NCBI GenBank assembly: GCA_001642005.1
Contig: LWCA01000288.1
Location: 1-33,599 of the forward strand
Direction: 5' to 3'
Length of the DNA: 33,599 bases
Origin: Intoshia linei
Lineage: Eukaryota; Animalia; Orthonectida
Position numbers and translations under genes: made by a program. Below, one piece after another: positions 1 to 10,000 of the stretch; positions within the stretch are counted from its first letter, which is position 1, and each line of letters begins with the position of its first letter. The notes below the pieces were generated by a model that was not told where the DNA came from, did not search any database, and saw only the letters and a program-made list of their open reading frames with translations.

Positions 1-805
1 GCTCAAGTATATCGTAATAAATTAGATAATATTTTTTCAGTCGCAAAAGATGATAAATCTAAGACACCCTTTGAGGATATTGAATTCCTTAATTTTCAAA
101 ATCATGAAATTGGTTCAATGGTATCCACTACTATAAATCATCCATAATTGGAATCAATTGGAAAATCCATTGACATCGAAAAAAACGAAAACAAATCGAA
201 ACAGAAAATGGAAATTATAAAAACATTACACTCATATACATTCTAACAAAGACCACATTTATTCGACAGGTGATGATACGGCTTATTTTGATTCGTCTAA
301 CCTAAAACAAAAATCTTCATGGCGGTCATATGATAAAAAAAATGTTTCACTCGTGGAGAATCAATTACAAAAAATCTCGAAACAATCAGAGAAAAAAAAT
401 TTCTAAAGAAATGAAGATTATAAAATATTAAAAACAATGGTAAATGATGTTACCAATATTGTGGTTTATTTTGACTCAAAAAAGATGGACAAAATTGAAA
501 AAACGGCCGTTGTCATTATCGACGCTAAAACTAAACAGGAATTACTATTAGGTATTGTTTCCCAGAACGATGGTAAGGGTATTACTACTGCCAAAACAGT
601 ATACAATCTTTTGAAGAAATGGCACGTACACAATAAAGTTATAGTGTTCTGTTATGATACAATATCTGGCAATACCTGAAAGTTTAATGGGAGTGTAAAA
701 TATTTAACAGATTTTCTAAATACGACTATTGTATATCTACCTTGTAGACATCATATACTTGAAATAATAATATCTGCAGCATTTTTCACTATTTATGGAA
801 ACTAA
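1..805 (+). pseudogene. Degraded DDE-type DNA transposase (CxxH/'CRHH' family, hAT/P/MULE-like fold)
   Basis: Frame 1 gives KLDNIFSVA...EDIEFLNFQ. ORF 437-679 (VVYFDSK...LLGI...GKGITTAKTVYNLLKKW...FCYDTISGNT) continues past an in-frame TGA (where G of SNTG is expected) as KFNGSVKYL...YLPCRHHILEIIISAAF to TAA at 803-805. This matches the D..DT.SNTG..G...LxCRHHxxE pattern of invertebrate DNA transposases. Multiple stops and frameshifts. Confidence 0.75.
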
Positions 806-1913
806 TGCAACCTGACATTTTAGGGTATAAATTTGTCAAAGACGTTCAAGACATATATTATCAAGATCAAGGAAGGTGTCGTGAAGAGAGAAGTGCAATG
901 CATTGGTTTATATAAAAAAACGTAAAATTTACAGCAGCCAATTCATTTGCATATTTTCGTAGAATTAAATTTTTCAAGTGATTTACATCAATTTTAATTA
1001 TTCCATTGACAATGTCTTTTAAAATTTTAAAAGATCTAAAAAGTAATTAATTTTGTTACAATTAAAAATACTTAGCAACAACAAAATTCATCTTCTTAGT
1101 ATTGACCTCATCAAACGAAACGCAATAATATGACGAAGTTAAACGTCTAACCTGGTAATCCAACTAAAATGTTGACAAGTTTTATTTAGATTCATAATTG
1201 ATAGTACAAGTTATTCTCCCTATTTTGAATATCCAAAAAGAGTTGAAATTATCGTCAACAAATTTATAATAATAATAGCAATACATATATTTGAATATCA
1301 ATATAATTATTACATCTTATTTTACAATTTATTAGATTTTTTTAGGCATTAATTTAAGTAACATCTCTACCCGTTGTCAATATTAATATAATTTTTAGTT
1401 TCGACCGAATAAACTGATAGAAACCGCCAGACTAATAATTTAATAACCATGAAATCAACAAAAAATGCAAAGATTGGGTATAATATTTATTCATCAAATA
1501 ATTTTTAAATAGATTTTCTAAGCAAACCTATTCCTTATATTTAACTACCTATTTTATACAATCATTTAACACTACATAGCTTATACTTTTTTCTTAAAGA
1601 CAAATTGTTCCCCTTTGTACATCATATTTTATTAATAATTGATGTCTTGATTATATTATCAATATTTTTTAAAATTTGTAATTTTTGGGAGACATTTAAA
1701 TTTTAAACGTTAAAATTAATTGGAGCAATAACTTTACTAAAAAATGATTAATGTTTAAAAAAACTGAAAAATAAACTTAACATTTTGTTAAATATTCGTG
1801 AAAAATTTGAATTTGTCAATTTATAGTGTGTAAAATATCGAGAATAGCCTGCATAATAATATAAATGTATACATTAAATCTATATAATAGTGATATTATC
1901 TCACAAAAAGTAA

Positions 1914-1986
1914 GGTTCTGTGGTGTAGTGGTTATCACGTCAGTTTTACACACTGAAGGTCATGGGTTCAACCCCCGTCAGGACCT
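1914..1986 (+). tRNA. tRNA-Val-TAC: tRNA-Val (anticodon TAC)
   Basis: Cloverleaf: acceptor GGTTCTG/CAGGACC, A-box TGGTGTAGTGG, anticodon stem TCAGT/ACTGA with loop TTTACAC, T-arm ATGGG-TTCAACC-CCCGT, immediately followed by an oligo-T Pol III terminator. Confidence 0.93.
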
Positions 1987-2358
1987 TTTTTTTTATTATT
2001 TAAAAATATCGTGCTGATTTCAACAGTTTTCTAAATTTGAAAATACATGTATTATTAACATTATTTAAATTTATTTAAAAAATCAGTAATTCAAATATTT
2101 GAACTTTGAAATTTGATAAAAACTAACCAACAAAATAATAAGTAAAGTAAGTTTGTTGTATTTGTTTTATATTTGTATTTGTTGTTATTTTTTGACTCAA
2201 TTCTAAAAATAATTTATGATCCCACCTTTTTTAATAATATGCATAAATAAAATATTAACATGATAAATACATATAAATCACTAGAAGCAAAAATTTTTAG
2301 GCGTATGCTAAAAAAAATACTTCAAAATATATAGTCACCTACTTTGAAGGACACTGAT

Positions 2359-5300
2359 TTAATAAATTTTCACGTTTGGTGTAAATTCAAAATATACCGA
2401 TCCACAAATTCCTTCTAATGATTCAACAAACGTTTGGGAAAGCAAAGAGACTTGAGGTTCAGTTAGATAAAGTAGTATTGTCTCTATTGCACATAAATCA
2501 GTTATATTCTATAATAAAAATTAAACATTTTTAAAATAACTAGATTTACTTCGTACAAACAGTAGCTAGCTCTACTGAGTGCCGACTTTAAATTAACTCA
2601 CAAAAAAATAAAGTATATAATTAAAAATATATAAACAATATAATTGTAATGTATGGTTAAAATAATAATGTGGTTATAAGCCTAAAAATTGTCGTAAATA
2701 AAAAGAAATGGAAAAAAATAAAATTGTAAATATCCTTATTGAATCTGAGACAACAATGTGAATTTAAAGATAATGTGGTCCAATATTAGTAGTGTAGTAT
2801 AAAATACTGATAGCCTTCTCATCACAAAATTATTAAATATATTTAGTATCCTGTTTAGTTAATTTTTAGGATGAAATAATGTTATTGTTTATAATGAAAT
2901 TTTTAAAAATAATAAATTGCGTAAATACAGGCTAATTCTCCGTTAACGGATTTTTTTTATAAGTAATGTATACATTAAAATAGTGGTTCCCAATTGGAGT
3001 CCAAGAGATTCAAATAAAATATAGAAAATTTTTGATCAACTTTTGTTTATTTTTAGAGAAGAATTTTTAATAATTATTACAGAGTTTCTAGATGTTGATT
3101 ACCCCAAAGCCTAAACGACCTCTACATTATTATTTAAAAAATCCCACTTATATCCCACCATTAATAAAATTTAATAAAAAATACCATTTCAAGTCCTAGG
3201 GAAATTTATTTTTACCGATATTTTTTGAAAAATCCGATTTTACGAAACCTTATGAAAAACTCCACTTAATCAAACCACAAAATAAAAAATTATTTTTTTC
3301 CAATATTTTTTTGAAAAACACGATTTTACCAAATGTTATGAAAAAAAACTCCTATTCCAACCCCTTTTATAAAATTCCAATATTACCAACGATTAAGGGA
3401 AATATCTTGTTTTTCCAATATTATTTTGAAATATCTAATTTTACTAAATCTTATGAGCAAAAACTTTCCACTCAAAAACCCAAAATAAAAAATGAAATTT
3501 TACCAACTCTCAATAAAAAATCCTCTTTTACCAATATTTTTTTGAAAACACAATTTTACTAAATCCTATAATGAAAAATCTTTAATTTTTTCATCAATAT
3601 TTTATATTTCATGTTATCTTGGGATCAAAAAAACAAATGTTTTAAAATGGGGGTTCGTACAGTATTTGAATCGGGAACCACTGCATTAAAACAATGAAAA
3701 AGATTTGATTTTCATTCCCTTTAACCGATATTTGCAGGTCATTTCATTTCATATAATTAATAATCAACCATTATTATCATCATTAACCAAGAAGAAAATG
3801 AAATGTTTATCTACATGTGTACCTATAATTTCTAATTTAAACAAAAAAAGATTTAGTATAATTATGATGGTTGTAACTTCAAGTTAAAATTTAACAGAAT
3901 TTTTATTTTTTAAATTAAGGTTTTTTCCGTTAAATATGAATTATTAGCCTGTATTTTAAAAGTCAATTTATAAAATTGAAAACAGATTTCTGTATTTTAA
4001 ATACATACAATGTATATCACTTAATTCTTATTTCTATTGAAAATGAATGAATATTTGTAATTTTTTGGTAATCCAAAAATTTTTATCGGAAAGTGTAGTT
4101 TCAAGTTTTGAGGTTAGGATTTGATACAAATGTTCATAATTTGAAAATTATCACATAATCCTAACTTATATAATATGCTAAGCGATTTTTGTTTGTGTGT
4201 GTTCCACTTTATTGAAATAACTACCAGTCTTAGAACTTTATAAAGTCCACATTTCCATTACAGTTTTTTTCCGGGATGTATGATAATATAAATTTCAACC
4301 TCCCATACTCACATTTTACGGGTCAAAAATTCCAATTGTCCTTTTTTTGAAAATCATAAACATTATCATAAATTTAAATTTAAAAAAATTATATCTTCAG
4401 GGCCAAAACCAAAATTACCTTTTTTTTGAATGAAAACAGCCCTAGAATTTAAAAAAATTTACAGTTCGTACAGTTGTATCATGTTAACGCACACCAAAAA
4501 TTTCAACAAAATAAGTGACGACTTCACCGTCAAAAAAGTATTTTAATATTCAAATATTTTATTAAAACAAAAAATGTGAAATAATTAACGGTCCGAAAAT
4601 TAAAAAAATAAAAGGATTATTCTGATTAGCTTATTCCAGTTGATATAAATACAAAAGTTTAACCTGAGAAATCTACGCATTCCCGATGAAAAATAATTTT
4701 TAATATATTATGAACCAATCAACCCGAGAAATCTACGCATTCTCGTATTTGTTGTTTGTACGTAATACATAACAGTCAACCTAGTTTGTTTATAAAATTC
4801 TAAGAGTTAATGTTTTTTACCCTGAAAGACTCAATTTGTGAAAACAACATTTGCGATAAACCCTTACCCTTGAAAATCTGTATTAGAAATAGGTATTTTT
4901 AAAATTATACTCAACATATTTTCTAAAATAAACGGTAATAAACACACATCCATACATTTTATGCTACATTATTTCATATAATGAAATTTTCATTATTTTT
5001 TTTAGTAATAAATCCTTAATAAGGATATGGGAGAGTACACCGGGTTTACTAGATCTTACTTTAACGAGATTGACTCCTTAATTGACTTAAATTTATGATG
5101 AATAAGATTCATTAAGGTAGACCAGTGATTCCCATCTGGAGTATTTACCCACGAGTGGGTAATTTGACTTTTTTCATGGGTAATCTCGAAATTTTTTTAT
5201 TTTTTTTGCGTCGCATGCACAGTAACGTATAAAATATAATGTGTTCTAATTGATATAATGATGTGGTAATGTAATACATGAATATTGATTTATAAAATCT

Positions 5301-6823
5301 TATTTAAAAAATAAACCTTTCTAGAATTAAAAAAATCAAATTTCTACTACAATTTAGCGAGTGATGTTTTTGTGTAAGTTACATTTACATTTAAATAATA
5401 ATTTTTTTTACATTTTGATACATTAAAGCATTGAGGGTCAAAAACCAAATTTCCCCTTTTTTTGAATAAAATACATAAATGATACTTATTAAAATTATTA
5501 TTTTGTAAATTAGATTTTTTTAAATATTAATATAGCTCTTATTCTAAAAACCTGTCAGTCCAATATGCAGTTAAAAAATATTGTGGGTAATATCAAAATA
5601 AGTACTATAATATGAGTAACATAGAAAAAAGGTTTGGAAAGGTTGTAGACCAAGGGTTCCAAACCTGAGACTTCACTCTACCCCACGAATTAAAATAAAA
5701 CTGAAGAGGACATTTCTTATTGAGCCACCCAATATGAATGATTCAATGAATAGTATTTTAAAAAGATAAACATCAGATTCCGGACACACTCGCCATGCAA
5801 TTCGTATATTTCCATGCGTTTCGGTGTCTGAAGGAAAATTAATATGACTAATATGAGAGGTCATTTGATTTGGAAGAGTTGACCAAGGTTTAGTGTAATT
5901 TTCCATTTTTTTCGATAAAATACCGGTTTTAAAACAATCTTCTAAACTGTTTAACATTTTTTCAATTTCCGCACTATTAATTTTCCCGGTAACAATGATT
6001 GACAAATTTTGAGGGTGGTAAAATTTTTTATGGTAATCGACAATCTAAAAGAAATTTATAAATGAAAAATGACTTGAAAACCTTTTCGTGAGTAGTGGTG
6101 TGTCGTAAATTTACCATTTTACCGCCAGTATTGTAGCGATACCCACATTTCTCATCATAAAGAGTACGTAGCATTTCTTCCTCGGTTAAACACTCGCTAG
6201 TGTTTTCAGTTTGCTGCATTTCGCAGTAAACTACACCTCCATCATCACCATCATTTGTAATGTGGTGAACTTCTGTAATAAACCCTTCTTTCTAAAAACT
6301 GGTGAAATTAAAAATTTTAAAAAGTACAGTGATACTGGCATTGAGAATATGATCAAGATATATATCCATTATATTGATAAAACCTTGAAACGAAGCAACT
6401 TCAATCGTGTAACAGGTATGATCCACGTCTATAAATGTTAAACTTGATATTTAGGTGAATAGGGAATACCTGTCCAAGCATTAGTCCCTCTTGCAAAATT
6501 TCTGTTTGATACAATGTCCAAAGAACCCTAAATTAAATTGACTTTAACCTTTTAAAAATGAAAATTAACCTTATAAGGATATTTCGAACTACCAAGAAAA
6601 ATCAAATGTTCTAATGTATGTGGCAATCCATCATCACTATGTGCTTCCGTAGCTAAAACAATTGTTACAACAATCTTAAAGATTAACCTAAGCAAAAGTA
6701 TGCATTATACATTGCACTATCTACATCAGCTACATGCACTTTGAGACCAGTAGATTTAGATTCGAATCCTTTTATGTCTATATGAGTTTCCAGTTTTTTT
6801 TTATAAATTTCGATGAAATCCAT
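2359..6823 (-). CDS. M16 family zinc metallopeptidase (C. elegans C05D11.1-like); only the N-terminal portion could be traced
   Basis: ATG at 6823. Introns at 6687-6653, 6569-6528, 6469-6429, 6327-6292, 6081-6045 and 5771-2509. Spliced protein MDFIEIYKKK...ATEAHSDDGLPHTLEHLIFLGSSKYPYKG...GTNAWTDVDHTCYT...EVHHI...GVVYCEMQ...YNTGG...YHKKFYHPQN...IAWRVCPESD|NITDLCAIETILLYLTEPQVSLLSQTFVES, with the inverted zinc motif HTLEH. The 3' end is uncertain (in-frame TAA at 2361-2359). Confidence 0.85.
2928..3951. mobile_element. Tc1/mariner-like MITE (outer element) containing a nested hAT MITE
   Basis: TA|CAGGCTAAT...TTAACGGA at the left end and TCCGTTAA...ATTAGCCTG|TA at the right end: inverted termini flanked by TA. 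Confidence 0.6.
2981..3683. mobile_element. hAT (Buster/Charlie-like) MITE
   Basis: TIRs TAGTGGTTCCC / GGGAACCACTG with a perfect 8-bp TSD CATTAAAA (2973-2980, 3684-3691). Degenerate internal sub-repeats (TTTTACCAATATTTTTTTGAAAAA). Interior is homologous to 10344-10610. Confidence 0.85.
4159..4784 (+). mobile_element. Non-autonomous Helitron, full-length copy
   Basis: Starts A|TC, has a (TG)n tract near the 5' end, and ends with the hairpin TGTTTGTA-CGTAA-TACATAACA followed by CTAG|T. Homologous copies at 8965-9530 and 33280-33599. No TSD. Confidence 0.8.
4785..4965 (+). repeat. Dispersed repeat (unclassified family), interrupted on its left by the Helitron
   Basis: Aligns with the reverse complement of 28140-28345 (GAAAGACTCAATTT.TGAAAA...GATAAA.C.T.ACCCT...CTGTATTA...GGTATT...TATTTTCTAAAA...GGTAA). 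Confidence 0.7.
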
Positions 6824-7096
6824 GCCCAAATTACTTTATTATAATACTAATTATCACGCAACAACCTTAAATATCTATTATCAATCACGAAATGTCATGT
6901 CTACATTTAGTTGTTTCTATTAATTTGCATTAAAGTAATTTTTAGAAATAATAGTAAATATTAACAATAAATCGGAATAAATATTTCTTACTCCATTTTA
7001 GAGTTTACAAATACTTCCTTATTGTTTAGTTTCCATTGAAATAATTTGTCGATAAACAAGGTTTATATTAACAGCTGTATCTCATTTATTGGTTAT
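6824..7096. promoter_or_regulatory. Putative bidirectional promoter between the M16 peptidase and ERp44
   Basis: Divergent start codons at 6823 (-) and 7097/7103 (+) are about 275 bp apart. Confidence 0.55.
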
Positions 7097-10000
7097 ATGT
7101 ATATGAATATTTTACTAATTTTAACCATATTTATGGTTATAATTTACTCAATACATGCTCAAGATGTTATTCCTTTGACGTCTTCTAATATCGATGAAAC
7201 TATCCGACAGAGCCATTTAATTATTATCAATTATTATGCTTCTTGGTATGTTTTAAAAAATTTAATTACAAGTTTGTATTCTTTTGCCATAGATTTTTAT
7301 TTTTATAATTTGGTTAATATTGTGTATATTGTACATTTTTGTTCCATCACTATTATAAATTGGACAACAATACTCAAATTTCATTTTTTAATTTTCAATT
7401 CACTTATTCTCTTATTTTAGGTGCCGTTTTAGTCAAATGCTTGAAGGTCCATACGCAAAAGCTGCTCCAAAAGCCTTTGAAATTAATGTAAACATTTTTA
7501 CTCTTAATGTTTATAGTCTCAATTTATTTTTAGGCAAATACCCGATATGGTAAAGTTAATTGCGTTGCCGAAAGTATGTTTTATTTTTTTGGTTTTCATT
7601 TTTCATTCTCATTTGTTATTTTAGATGTATTATGTGGCAATCATAAAGTTTCAAAATATCCCACATTATTAATTTACATGCACGGAGTTAAATTGAAAGC
7701 AGAGTATAATGGGGCACGGGATACTGATGCCCTTGTCAAATTTGTTTTAGACAGAATTAAATTAATTGAAGCCGATACATATAATAAAGATATTATTGAT
7801 TCATTTTCTAGGGTAATTTATTTTCAATTTTCGAATTTGTGAGTATTAATTTGCTGATCTGATTAAAGGATTACCAAGATTTTTTGTTCGTTAGGTTAAC
7901 AAATTTTTGCAACTGCAATTTGAAAAAAATTAAATGCCATTTTGTGAATTTTTTTTAATTTATATAAGCTAGTCTTTGATAAATTTATATTTTTAAAAAG
8001 AATCATTGAAAATCGGGTTGATATTCAATCCAAGTTAGTCTAAAATTTGATTTTATTAATTGATGATTAACATTCAATTTGAAAAAATAAGACCTTAATA
8101 ATTTCGCCAAGACTCCGAACAGGGTATTAGAGTACGGTAGGTTTAGCACTGGTTATAATAGATCCCGACTATTTAATTATGGTGAGCCTCTTTATTCAAG
8201 TTGTTTATTTTTTGTTTTTTCCAAAATTTTTTTTTTGGTTTTACTCGTGTACCTTACTTTGAGAAAAAACTGGTTTATTTTTTTGTTAGTTTATTTTTAA
8301 CTTATTAATATTTAATTTTATTATTTTAGGAGTCATTCATTGTTGCCCATTTAAAAGAAACTTCAAAAGACACCATTACAATGTTTCACCAGTCAAATTC
8401 TATTTTATTAGGAGAACCAAAACACTTTATTGAAACGTATATATATTGAATTAAAATTATTGTATCAGGATATAAAAATATATTATCCGGTTATATTTTT
8501 TAAATTGATGAATCGTGAAAAATATTTTTTCAATTTTTTGGACCCAATTTTCCTTTGAATGATTATGTTGAGACTGACTCGTATATAAAATAAAAACTTT
8601 TTTAAATTAAACAATTATTCAATCAGAGTCTATTTGGGTGAACAGACCAACCCTTCAAGCATTTGCATTCGACTCGTCAGGTCGTTTTAATTTACGATGT
8701 AATCTTATTTAATCTTTTTCAATATAAAAAAAAATAAATATCATAAATTACGATGATATGAATTTTAGGATAAAGATTTTTTGAAAATGGGTAACGTAAT
8801 CTGAAGTGAAAAATGGGTCCACTTGACTTATCATAATTTGGAAAACATATTTGCATATCAACTACTAATTTAATCCAAATTTTGGGCTCTAGAGTGAAAA
8901 ATAGCCTCCACCCTAATATATAGAATCCATTGATTTATTAAAAAATCTAAATTGTCGAAATGTATCTATATTCTTACTTTTATAAAATGATTTTTGTCTG
9001 TGTGTGTGTGTTATTGTTTATTTCATTATCTGCGATTTTTAGAATTTTATAAAGTCCACATTTCTATTACAGTTTTTTCCGGGTGAAAGTAAGATAAATT
9101 TCAACCTCCCAAACACACATCTTACGGATCAAAAAGCCAATTATTCTTTTTTTGAAAATCAAACGAGTTCGAGAATTAAAAAAATATATCATCAGGGCCA
9201 AAACCACAAATTACCCTTTTTTTTAAATGAAAACAACCTTAGAATTTAAACAAATTACAGGTGGTACAGTTGTAATTTATTAACAAAAAGACACAAAAAA
9301 TTTCAATCTGAATAAGTGACACCTTCATGGTCAAAAAAGAACTTTAGTATTCATATCTTTTTTTACAGAAATATTTTATTGAAACAAAAAATGTGAAATA
9401 ATTTACGGTCAGAAATTAAAAAAAAGATTATCTGATAGAGCTTATTCCAGTTAATATAAATACAAAATTTCAACCCTAGAAATCTACGCATTCCTGGATA
9501 AAAATAATTTTTAATATAATATATCAATCTATTTTTTTCAAATATTTCGATTAAAATAAAAATTGAAAATGTAAATATTGGCCTTTTTTTTCAATTTAAA
9601 AATTTAAATCGGATGATACTTACCTACCCCAAATGCAATTATTTAAAATAATTAAAAAATAATGTGGTGAGTATATAAGTAACTTTATTCGAGGTATTAT
9701 TATGTTTTGTATTGCTTGAATGTCTCTGGTTTCTTTGATGAATTTTCCATTTTTTAAATTTATTTATAGCTAATTTATTGTGGTTTTACGAAATTTATTT
9801 TGAGGTTTTTCTATAGCAGGGGTGTCCAACCTTTTATTGATGCTAGTGACTAATACATTGACTAGAAAAATATTTCTGATCGGAACCTATGTTAAAAGTT
9901 AAAAAGAATCATCGTAGAAAACATAATTAACATTCGGAATAATTCGAAGCACTTCCGCTGAATATTTGAAAATTATCGGCAAAATTTAGTATAAGAAATA

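Noticed and set aside
677-679. In-frame TGA/TAG/TAA inside conserved reading frames, suggesting stop-codon reassignment
   Set aside because: Seen only in decayed TE or viral relics; all six host genes read cleanly in the standard code and end in TAA or TGA.
1190-1352. Possible plus-strand exon (FIIDSTSYSPYFEYPKRVE...)
   Set aside because: Could not be linked to a start codon or other exons.
3311-3562. 83-aa ORF
   Set aside because: Lies within degenerate sub-repeats of a hAT MITE; low-complexity K/N/F/I translation.
3200-3600. Periodic repeats superficially like a CRISPR array
   Set aside because: Degenerate units without unique spacers, eukaryotic context, no cas genes.
5144-5161. Hairpin TTACCCAC-GA-GTGGGTAA
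   Set aside because: Isolated short palindrome, probably a TE subterminal remnant; no second copy or RNA-gene context.
6211-6441. Plus-strand ORF (likewise 19070-19282, 23796-23984, 24329-24532, 24833-25018, 29934-30128)
   Set aside because: Antisense shadows of real exons or of the EVE.
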